8,586 nucleotides of DNA from an archaeon (GTDB lineage: Archaea; Iainarchaeota; Iainarchaeia; Iainarchaeales; CSSED10-239). Position numbers and translations under genes: made by a program. This document shows, piece by piece, positions 1 to 5,985 of the stretch. The stretch is from contig DAOPNM010000021.1 in the NCBI GenBank assembly GCA_035357435.1, positions 1 through 8,586 of the forward strand. Reading direction: 5' to 3'. The notes beneath the pieces were generated by a model, which worked only from the letters and a program-made list of their open reading frames with translations, searched no databases and was not told the origin of the DNA. Every line of letters starts with the position of its first letter. Position 1 is the first letter of the stretch.

Positions 1-384
1 ATGGACAAACTAAGACAACAAGACCCATCATTAGATAAAAAACTAGATAAATATTTATTAGAGATTATAGAAAAAGAAGACAATTTAGTAATAGATTCTT
101 GGACCTTACCATATCTTACAAACAAAGGCATAAGAATATGGTTAAAAACTAGTTTAGAAGAAAGAGGAAAAAGATTAGCATTAAGAGATAATGTGTCATT
201 TAATGAAGCAATTAAAATTATAAAAAGAAAAGACAACACATCTATTAATCTTTTCAAAAAACTATATGGTTTTGAATATGGAAAAGATTTATCTGTATTT
301 AATTATATTATAAACACAGATGACTTAACAATTGAAGAAGTTTATAAAAAAACAGTGAAAATACTTAAAAACAAAATTAAATAA
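1..384 (+). CDS. cmk: Cytidylate (CMP) kinase, archaeal type, C-terminal ~2/3; 5' end truncated by the window edge
   Basis: The frame-1 ORF is open from base 1 and stops with TAA at 382-384. The translation (..VIDSWTLPYL..IRIWLKTSLEERGKRLALRD..SFNEAIKIIKRKD..LYGFEYGKDLSVFNYIINTDDL..) matches my memory of the core/LID/C-terminal layout of archaeal Cmk (..GRLAGW..KIWL.APLEVRAKRIA.R.. ..Y.IDI.DLS.YDLVINT..). The P-loop is absent, so the M at position 1 is probably internal. Confidence 0.75.
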   Translation: MDKLRQQDPSLDKKLDKYLLEIIEKEDNLVIDSWTLPYLTNKGIRIWLKTSLEERGKRLALRDNVSFNEAIKIIKRKDNTSINLFKKLYGFEYGKDLSVFNYIINTDDLTIEEVYKKTVKILKNKIK

Positions 385-442
385 TATTTTTCTTTAAATT
401 TTTAATATACCTATATCTAAAAAAAATAGTCAACAAAAAAAA

Positions 443-1594
443 CTAAGGGATAATTTCTGGGCCAATATATTCTTTATAACTAAAATCATCTACACATAAC
501 TTCTTCTCAAATATAAATTGTTTAATTCGTGTATTATATCCATTAGTTACAACATCAATTGTTTTCTTTGTTAAATCACAAAGAAAATCATAATCTTGTT
601 TATCCCAGGGTTTAGTAATATTTGAATATAAACATCTTCCACCACAAATTGAATAATATTTACACAAATCACAACCGCTTGGTTTAATTGATTTATGCAT
701 AAGTTCTTTCTCAGTAATTTTTGAAAAAATATTCCCTATATAATATGTATACATCCCAACCATAATAGGGCAAGGAACAATATTCCCATCTGTTTGAATC
801 CCAAAACCATAATGTCCTGCACCACATGGTAAATAATATCCTTCAAAATCTTTATTATTTTCCAAATCAATTAATCTTTTTGTAATCCCTAAAAAAGGAT
901 ATAGCTTAATAACATTACCTTTTTGCAATTCATCAAGCCAAAATGAATAAAGTTTTTTTAAATCTGAAAAATACGTTTTACTCCACAATTTAAATTTTCT
1001 AAACTTAAAATCTGGATAAAAATTTGCATTTAGTTGCCAATGAATTTCTTTAAAACAATAATCTTTATTATTTAACAAATACATAACCTCATCATAAAAA
1101 GAAATTGGCTCCATTAATGTCATTCGTGCAATTATATTACCTTTATATCCATTTTTAAGAATAAACTTTATATTTTGCACAAGTTTATCATAAGTGCCTA
1201 CACCTCTAAAATAATCTGTTGTTTCTTTACAACCATCAATAGACACTAAAATAGTAGAAAAATTATTTAATATAGTTGAACTTATTTTATCTAATAACAA
1301 ACCATTTGTTTGAATAACATAGGTACAAGGAAAATCAATTGCTTTAACAATATCTTCTATCTTTGTATAAGATAATAAAGGTTCTCCACCATAAAAAACA
1401 AGAACAGGATTATTATATTTTTTTAAAAAAGAAACTAAATCAGAAACATTAAATGCCATTTCTTCTGGAAGAGATTCATCTACTTCTGGAAAATTACAAT
1501 AATTGCTATTTATTTTTTTATCAAATGCCAACTCACCACAATATTTACAACAAAGATTACAAGAATTATTTATAATTAAATGAAATACAACCAT
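443..1594 (-). CDS. Radical SAM enzyme with a complete C-terminal SPASM domain (two auxiliary 4Fe-4S sites); substrate unknown
   Basis: Track numbering: C16-x3-C20-x2-C23 (CNLCCKYC) and the GGE motif (FYGGEPLL). SPASM signature: C261-x12-G274-x4-C279, then C312-x2-C315-x5-C321-x3-C325, then C343. Start re-called to ATG at 1594 (M5 of the track) because the track's GVG-type GTG start at 1606 lies inside a tandem GTGATGTGAT SD-like motif (1602-1611), 7 nt upstream of that ATG. The alternative start at 1606 is not excluded. Confidence 0.85.
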   Translation of the reverse strand: MVVFHLIINNSCNLCCKYCGELAFDKKINSNYCNFPEVDESLPEEMAFNVSDLVSFLKKYNNPVLVFYGGEPLLSYTKIEDIVKAIDFPCTYVIQTNGLLLDKISSTILNNFSTILVSIDGCKETTDYFRGVGTYDKLVQNIKFILKNGYKGNIIARMTLMEPISFYDEVMYLLNNKDYCFKEIHWQLNANFYPDFKFRKFKLWSKTYFSDLKKLYSFWLDELQKGNVIKLYPFLGITKRLIDLENNKDFEGYYLPCGAGHYGFGIQTDGNIVPCPIMVGMYTYYIGNIFSKITEKELMHKSIKPSGCDLCKYYSICGGRCLYSNITKPWDKQDYDFLCDLTKKTIDVVTNGYNTRIKQFIFEKKLCVDDFSYKEYIGPEIIP

Positions 1595-1601
1595 ATTGCT
1601 A

Positions 1602-1611
1602 ATCACATCAC
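1602..1611 (-). promoter_or_regulatory. Tandem Shine-Dalgarno-like GTGAT GTGAT upstream of the rSAM/SPASM ATG
   Basis: The plus strand reads atcacatcac, which is GTGATGTGAT on the coding strand. GTGAT is complementary to part of the archaeal 16S 3' end (..GAUCACCUCC..). Spacing to the ATG at 1594 is 7 nt. Confidence 0.45.
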
Positions 1612-1632
1612 TATATATTTTTCATTAAAAAA

Positions 1633-2490
1633 TTAAAAACCATTTATTCTACATTTTTTTTGCAAACTAGAAACAACAGAATAATCAACATTATATTTTC
1701 CTAAAATATTAATAGGCAAAATTGCTTTCCCATGAAAATCAGATCCTCCACATTCAACTAACTCATATTGCTTAGCAAGTTGTTTTATTTTTTCAAGAAA
1801 CAAATGCTCTTCAGGAACATCTAATTCTAAAGGAAGAGGAAATGTTGTTTCTACACCTGTTATTCCAAAATCTACTAAATGCTTAACAAAAAAATCAATA
1901 TCTTCCTTTTGATAACCTTTTAAAAAAGAAGGATGCGGAAGAACTGAAACACCACCTGCGTTAGAAAGAACTTTAATTATTTTTTTTGCACGTGTTGGTG
2001 GTTGATCTAATTTTATTTTAATTTTATTTAAATATTTTTTAAAAACTTCTTGTAAAGAAGAGCCACACCCTTTCTTAATCATTGCTAAAGCTATATGTGT
2101 TGCCATTAATTGATGACCAGGAACCTGCTCTACAAGAACATCTTCATAAGAAATATCTATATTCATATCATTTAACACATCTATTTTCTTTAAAATATAT
2201 TTCTGCTTTTGAACTTGATGCAACTCAAGAATCTTATTTAATTCATTATCTTCTTTATTAAAAAAATAACCTAATATTTCACATTCTGCACATTGAATTT
2301 CAACACCATCTATAAATTCAATATTTTTATTTGCCGCATAATTTCTTGCATCATTTAAGCCATCAATACAATCATGATCTGTAATAGAAATTGCTTTCAA
2401 ATTTAAATCCTTACAAAAACTTATAATCTCAGATGGAGAAAAAAGACCATCTGAATAATTAGAATGAATATGTAAATCTGTATTTTTCAT
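1633..2490 (-). CDS. PHP-domain metal-dependent phosphoesterase (COG0613 TrpH/YciV-like)
   Basis: The N-terminal DLHIHSNYSDG, then AISITDHD, and the C-terminal GGSDFHG are the metal-ligand motifs of the PHP fold in TrpH/YciV-type enzymes. Start re-called to ATG at 2490 (MKNTDLHIHS). The track start at 2511 is a TTG adding 7 residues. Confidence 0.8.
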   Translation of the reverse strand: MKNTDLHIHSNYSDGLFSPSEIISFCKDLNLKAISITDHDCIDGLNDARNYAANKNIEFIDGVEIQCAECEILGYFFNKEDNELNKILELHQVQKQKYILKKIDVLNDMNIDISYEDVLVEQVPGHQLMATHIALAMIKKGCGSSLQEVFKKYLNKIKIKLDQPPTRAKKIIKVLSNAGGVSVLPHPSFLKGYQKEDIDFFVKHLVDFGITGVETTFPLPLELDVPEEHLFLEKIKQLAKQYELVECGGSDFHGKAILPINILGKYNVDYSVVSSLQKKCRINGF

Positions 2491-2516
2491 AAAATCAATC
2501 CATAAAATCAAAATAA

Positions 2517-2720
2517 TTACTGCTTTGTTGCAAGTTTAATATCTTCATTTGTAACTGTTTTCCTCTTTGCATGATTTGCAAAAGCAATTGCTTTACGAGA
2601 AATTTCTAATGCAATCTCCTCTAAATAATTCCCTAACTCTACTGCTGCATCTTCTGAAACTCTTTCAGCACCTGCTTTACGAATAAGTCTATCTAATGCA
2701 GCAATTGGTAATTCTGCCAT
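2517..2720 (-). CDS. Archaeal histone, HMfA/B family (67 aa, single histone fold)
   Basis: MAELPIAALDRLIRKAGAERVSEDAAVELGNYLEEIALEISRKAIAFANHAKRKTVTNEDIKLA aligns along its whole length with remembered HMfB ([63 protein letters not shown]). This includes the AGAERVS loop and the RKT DNA-contact motif. Confidence 0.93.
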   Translation of the reverse strand: MAELPIAALDRLIRKAGAERVSEDAAVELGNYLEEIALEISRKAIAFANHAKRKTVTNEDIKLATKQ

Positions 2721-2727
2721 ATGCCTT

Positions 2728-2732
2728 CCTCC
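2728..2732 (-). promoter_or_regulatory. Shine-Dalgarno GGAGG for the histone gene
   Basis: The plus strand reads cctcc, which is GGAGG on the coding strand, 7 nt upstream of the histone ATG (2720). It is the strongest anti-SD complement seen in the window. Confidence 0.6.
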
Positions 2733-2828
2733 ATTTTGTAAAAAAAAACCATTATATATTATTTTTTAATCACAATGTTTTTTAAACACTTCTTTCTATT
2801 GTTATTTATTATAAAAAATGATAAAAAT

Positions 2829-3665
2829 ATGGCATTAATGGAATCTATTCTTTTACAAATTTCTCAAAACAAAACAAAATATAATGACCTTCTTTTAAAA
2901 ATAAGACCAAACTATTCAAGTGAAGGGTCTGCAAGAGCCGCATTATCAAGAGCATTAAAAAATTTAATTGCATTTGGGGAAATTACAAAAACAAATGATT
3001 TTTATGAACTTACAGAAAAAGGAAAGCAAATAGTAGAAAACAAACTAAAAAATCCAAATTTAGCAATAATCAATGACCTACTAAATAAAACAAAAGGAAC
3101 AAATCTTACATATGTTGATGAAATTATAAAAAATATACATATATATTTAGAAAAAGCAAAAATAGATCCAAGCCTCTTAAAAATGGGCAAAACAGGTGCA
3201 ACATTTTATATTTCTGATTTAGAAAATATAAAAAAACTAGTAGACAAACAAATTTCTAATTATACACACTTATCTGAAACATTACAAAAACAAATAAACA
3301 CATTGCAAGAACAAAACTTTGAAGATGCCGCATCATTTAATCTAGATGAAGATTCATTTGAATATATATATTATTTTTGCAAAATATATAACATAAATGA
3401 ACTAATAATAGATTGTGCAATAGGTGGGCCAGAAACAATATCCTTTTTTGAAAAACATTCTAAATTTACAAAAAAAGGAGAAACAACATTTATTTTAAAA
3501 ACAGAAAATATAGCAGATTTAAAAAAAATACTATTTGAAAGCTTTGAAAATACAATGAATCTAAAATTTAAAATATATTTAGAAGAAATAATTATAAAAG
3601 TAGAATTTGGAAGGTTATATATTACAGGACCATATAATCAAATAAATAAAATAAAAATAAAATAA
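2829..3665 (+). CDS. Hypothetical protein: N-terminal winged-helix-like segment, central coiled-coil-like segment, unknown C-terminal domain
   Basis: Long ORF with no antisense competitor other than a shadow ORF. Residues ~20-75 (..SSEGSARAALSRALKNLIAFGEITKTNDFYELTEKGKQIVENKL) look like a wHTH recognition helix plus wing. LVDKQISNYTHLSETLQKQINTLQEQ looks heptad-like. Start re-called to ATG at 2829, which is preceded by AAAATGATAAAAAT. That context matches 16 of 18 positions of the context before the Zn-ribbon start. The track start at 2775 adds an F/L/I-rich peptide encoded by T-rich promoter DNA and leaves only 54 nt to the divergent histone ATG. Confidence 0.6.
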   Translation: MALMESILLQISQNKTKYNDLLLKIRPNYSSEGSARAALSRALKNLIAFGEITKTNDFYELTEKGKQIVENKLKNPNLAIINDLLNKTKGTNLTYVDEIIKNIHIYLEKAKIDPSLLKMGKTGATFYISDLENIKKLVDKQISNYTHLSETLQKQINTLQEQNFEDAASFNLDEDSFEYIYYFCKIYNINELIIDCAIGGPETISFFEKHSKFTKKGETTFILKTENIADLKKILFESFENTMNLKFKIYLEEIIIKVEFGRLYITGPYNQINKIKIK

Positions 3666-3694
3666 AAAAGAAAAAAAACTATTTTTTCTTTTTT
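3664..3694. terminator. Perfect 13-bp A/T inverted repeat (A6GA6 / T6CT6, 5-nt loop) between convergent genes; candidate bidirectional oligo-T terminator
   Basis: 3664-3676 aaaaaagaaaaaa and 3682-3694 ttttttctttttt are exact reverse complements, with loop aacta. Each transcript direction meets T6CT6, and oligo-T is the known archaeal termination signal. The left arm overlaps the TAA of the + gene. The right arm encodes the KKKK tail of the - gene. Confidence 0.45.
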
Positions 3695-5124
3695 GAAACT
3701 TTCTTTTGTTTAATTTCATTCCATATTGGGTCAGCTAACTTGGCAAGCTTTTCATCGAATTCTATTAAACTTTTGTGATATTCATCGCTTTCTAAAGATT
3801 CTTTAGCTTCTTCATTTTCTGGCTTTGCATGTGTTGATTTTGCAATTTCATAGAAATCTTTATGATGATCTCTTATAAAACAAGGGGTTAATAAATTGCC
3901 CATGTCATCATCTAACTTACCATTATATTTCATAACCCAATTTCTTCCTTGTGTAAAGAAGTCAGAAAATAATGCATCTGTTAGTTTTTTACCATTATCA
4001 TATAATTCATAAATTGTATCTTTATAATATGGTATAAACACACATGGCATAACCTTTCCATCCCAATCAATGTAAAAATACCCTGCTGGTCTTGCACAAG
4101 AAAGGCAACCTACAGATAAAATTGCACTATTCCAAAAATCGGCTACAAAATAATTTTTCTCTGTTAAAACCTTTACCCATTCTTTATAAAGAGCAATTCT
4201 TTGTTCTGGTGTAAGAGACAACTCAACATCTGGTTTCCTACCAATTGGCATAAATTGGAACATCCACATATAATTTGCTCTTAATTCTTTAAAATAATAA
4301 TCATAAAAATCATCTTTTAATAACAAATTTACATTATTCCTTGTTGCTGTAACAGAAACACCATAAGGTACACCTGCCTCTCTTAAATTTTTCATAGCAG
4401 CTAATATTTGATCATAAATTCCTTTTCCTCTTCTTGCATCTGTTTCCTCTTTCATACCTTCAACAGAAATTGCAGGTGTAATATTCCCTACTTCTTCCAT
4501 TTTTTTTGCAACATCTTTTGTAATAAGTGTACCATTAGTGTACATCAAAAAGAAACTATCTTGATACATCTTTGCAACATCAATTATAGTGTGGCCTTCA
4601 TCTTCATAAAGTAATGGTTCTCCACCAGAAATAACATAAAAACGAATACCCATTTCATCATGTGTTTCTTTCATAACCTTCATTAAATAATCCCACTTTA
4701 TTTTTGAAGTTTTCTTTATTTCTGATGCAGCATAACAGCCAATACATTTAAGATTACATTGTTGTGTAGGGCTAATTACAATTAAACTTGGTGGTTTAAT
4801 ACCATACTTTTTCTCATATGCTTTTATTACTTTTTGATTATCTTTGGCTAAAAATGCATTTGTAACCAAACTACCAATAAGTGTATCAATGACATGAGGA
4901 GAAATATAGCCTTTATCTACATTCTCAATAACAGAATTAATAAGCGCCATTGGTGCTTTTTCCATTATTTCTGCAGCACCATCTGGATAATGTTTAATTG
5001 AATTCTTTTTAACTATTCTCTTATAAAGATAGTTATCTAATTGCTTAAGTGCCTTTTCTCTTATATTTTTATTATAAGATATAGTTTTAACAGATTTAAT
5101 AATTAATGTTTTTTTTACAGACAT
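3679..5124 (-). CDS. Radical SAM enzyme (481 aa) with a ~120-aa N-terminal extension and a single twitch-like auxiliary-cluster motif; substrate unknown
   Basis: C123-x3-C127-x2-C130 (QQCNLKCIGC) and the GGE motif (VISGGEPLL). The C-terminal half carries C340-x2-C343-x12-G356-x4-C361 and C415, with no Cx2Cx5Cx3C block. There are only 7 Cys in total and none in residues 1-122. ATG at 5124 is preceded by GAGGAAGAG 12 nt upstream. Confidence 0.85.
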   Translation of the reverse strand: MSVKKTLIIKSVKTISYNKNIREKALKQLDNYLYKRIVKKNSIKHYPDGAAEIMEKAPMALINSVIENVDKGYISPHVIDTLIGSLVTNAFLAKDNQKVIKAYEKKYGIKPPSLIVISPTQQCNLKCIGCYAASEIKKTSKIKWDYLMKVMKETHDEMGIRFYVISGGEPLLYEDEGHTIIDVAKMYQDSFFLMYTNGTLITKDVAKKMEEVGNITPAISVEGMKEETDARRGKGIYDQILAAMKNLREAGVPYGVSVTATRNNVNLLLKDDFYDYYFKELRANYMWMFQFMPIGRKPDVELSLTPEQRIALYKEWVKVLTEKNYFVADFWNSAILSVGCLSCARPAGYFYIDWDGKVMPCVFIPYYKDTIYELYDNGKKLTDALFSDFFTQGRNWVMKYNGKLDDDMGNLLTPCFIRDHHKDFYEIAKSTHAKPENEEAKESLESDEYHKSLIEFDEKLAKLADPIWNEIKQKKVSKKKK

Positions 5125-5149
5125 TTTGGGTCTCTTCCTCTTTTTTTTT

Positions 5150-5170
5150 TATGTGTTTTATATACACATA
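5150..5170 (-). promoter_or_regulatory. Candidate TATA box (ATATAAA on the coding strand) embedded in a 7-bp inverted repeat upstream of the 481-aa rSAM gene
   Basis: tatgtgt (5150-5156), tttatat (5157-5163), acacata (5164-5170). The arms are exact reverse complements. The centre lies ~36 nt upstream of the ATG at 5124. AT-rich background makes TATA calls weak. Confidence 0.3.
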
Positions 5171-5313
5171 GTATTATAAAAATAAAAAAAACTAACAGGG
5201 GTTATCTACAAACCATAATATATTTCAAACTATTAAATAAAATGTTTTATTCACTATTTTATAAGGAAAATAACAATAAAACATTAAAATAATTAGCAAC
5301 AAAACCTTTTTAA

Positions 5314-5386
5314 AGGGTTTGGTGGGATTCGAACCCACGATCTATCGGTCCGAAGCCGATTGCACAATCCACTATGCTACAAACCC
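5314..5386 (-). tRNA. tRNA-Arg (anticodon UCG), 73 nt, no intron, CCA not encoded
   Basis: The reverse complement folds by hand as follows. Acceptor GGGTTTG/CAAACCC. D arm GCAT-AGTGGATT-GTGC. Anticodon arm ATCGG-CTTCGGA-CCGAT, giving anticodon TCG. Variable loop AGATC. T arm GTGGG-TTCGAAT-CCCAC. Discriminator T. The segment is a GC-rich island in AT-rich DNA. Confidence 0.88.
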
Positions 5387-5499
5387 ATATTTTAAAAACA
5401 AAAAATCTAACCTAATTCCTTTTAAATATTTGTATATATAATTATATAATATTTAGAATAATTTAAAAAGAAGAGTAAAAAGAAAAAAATGTGAAAAAT

Positions 5500-5655
5500 A
5501 TGGAAACATGTACAAGTTGTAAAAAAGAAGTTACAAAAGACTATGTATCCTTCAAATGCCCTAATTGTGGAAAAACAAAAATAGTAAGATGTAACAGATG
5601 TAAAGCAATATCAAAAATATATAAATGCCCAGAATGTGGATTTATTGGGCCATAA
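5500..5655 (+). CDS. 51-aa four-CxxC zinc-ribbon micro-protein (COG2888-like); not in the supplied ORF track
   Basis: METCTSCKKEVTKDYVSFKCPNCGKTKIVRCNRCKAISKIYKCPECGFIGP, ATG at 5500 and TAA at 5653-5655. CxxC pairs at C4/C7, C20/C23, C31/C34 and C43/C46. SD-like GTGA at 5491-5494. The gene ends 13 nt before the aEF-1beta start on the same strand. The C(P)xCG pattern and the GF(I/M)GP end resemble my memory of Haloferax HVO_2753. Confidence 0.75.
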   Translation: METCTSCKKEVTKDYVSFKCPNCGKTKIVRCNRCKAISKIYKCPECGFIGP

Positions 5656-5668
5656 AATGTGAAAAAAT

Positions 5669-5932
5669 ATGGGATACACACTAACAGTATATAAAATATA
5701 CCCTGACGATCCAGAAAAAATAAATGAAATCCAAGAAAACATAAATAAACAAATAAATGACCCATACAAAATAAATCAAATAACTACAGAACCAATAGCA
5801 TTTGGATTAAACTTAATAAAAGTTGCAATTATTTTTCCAGATAAAGAAGGATTATCCGATCAATTAGAAACTAAACTTAAACAAATACCAAATGTAAGTG
5901 AAATTGAACTAGAAGTATGTACATTAGTTTAA
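5669..5932 (+). CDS. ef1b: Translation elongation factor aEF-1 beta
   Basis: 87 aa, the size typical of archaeal EF-1beta. The N-terminal block MG..L..YKIYPDDPE and the core block TTEPIAFGLNLIKVAIIFPDKEG match the remembered family consensus (..EPIAFGLKALKV..V.D.EG..). SD-like GTGA at 5659-5662. Confidence 0.9.
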   Translation: MGYTLTVYKIYPDDPEKINEIQENINKQINDPYKINQITTEPIAFGLNLIKVAIIFPDKEGLSDQLETKLKQIPNVSEIELEVCTLV

Positions 5933-5985
5933 ACTATTATAAAACAAAATAATAAAAACAAATAAAAAACAAAAAACTACTTCTC

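Noticed and set aside
2775-2828. 18-residue hydrophobic N-terminal extension (MFFKHFFLLLFIIKNDKN) as a possible signal or TM segment
   Set aside because: The hydrophobic run is only ~12 residues and comes from T-rich promoter DNA. It would leave 54 nt for two divergent promoters, and the internal ATG at 2829 has the recurrent SD-like context.
3002-3190. 62-aa minus-strand ORF inside the wHTH gene
   Set aside because: It lies antisense within a longer, better-supported CDS. The F/I/S-rich translation is typical of the shadow frame of an A-rich coding strand.
3866-3920. C-box-like ATGATGA / TGATGA strings (also near 3114) as C/D box sRNA candidates
   Set aside because: They lie inside coding sequence and have no CUGA D box at the right spacing or terminal stem.
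4408-4614. 68-aa plus-strand ORF inside the 481-aa rSAM gene
   Set aside because: It is an antisense shadow ORF with a Cys/Phe/Ile-rich low-complexity translation. It has no SD and is wholly contained in a motif-supported CDS.
3679-5124. Assignment of the 481-aa rSAM as tetraether lipid synthase (Tes / GDGT-MAS)
   Set aside because: As I recall, GDGT-MAS binds three 4Fe-4S clusters plus a rubredoxin-like iron site, which needs many more Cys than the 7 present here. I therefore do not make this call. A profile search would settle it.
5125-5313. Possible RiPP precursor peptides in the long spacer, e.g. a 19-aa minus-strand ORF (MFYCYFPYKIVNKTFYLIV) and a 16-aa plus-strand ORF
   Set aside because: Both arise from the two arms of the same inverted repeat (atgttttat / ataaaacat). 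They lack SD motifs and have no leader/core features.
5541-5765. 74-aa minus-strand ORF
   Set aside because: It overlaps both the Zn-ribbon gene and the ef1b start on the opposite strand. The two + strand genes have clear family signatures, so this is a shadow frame.
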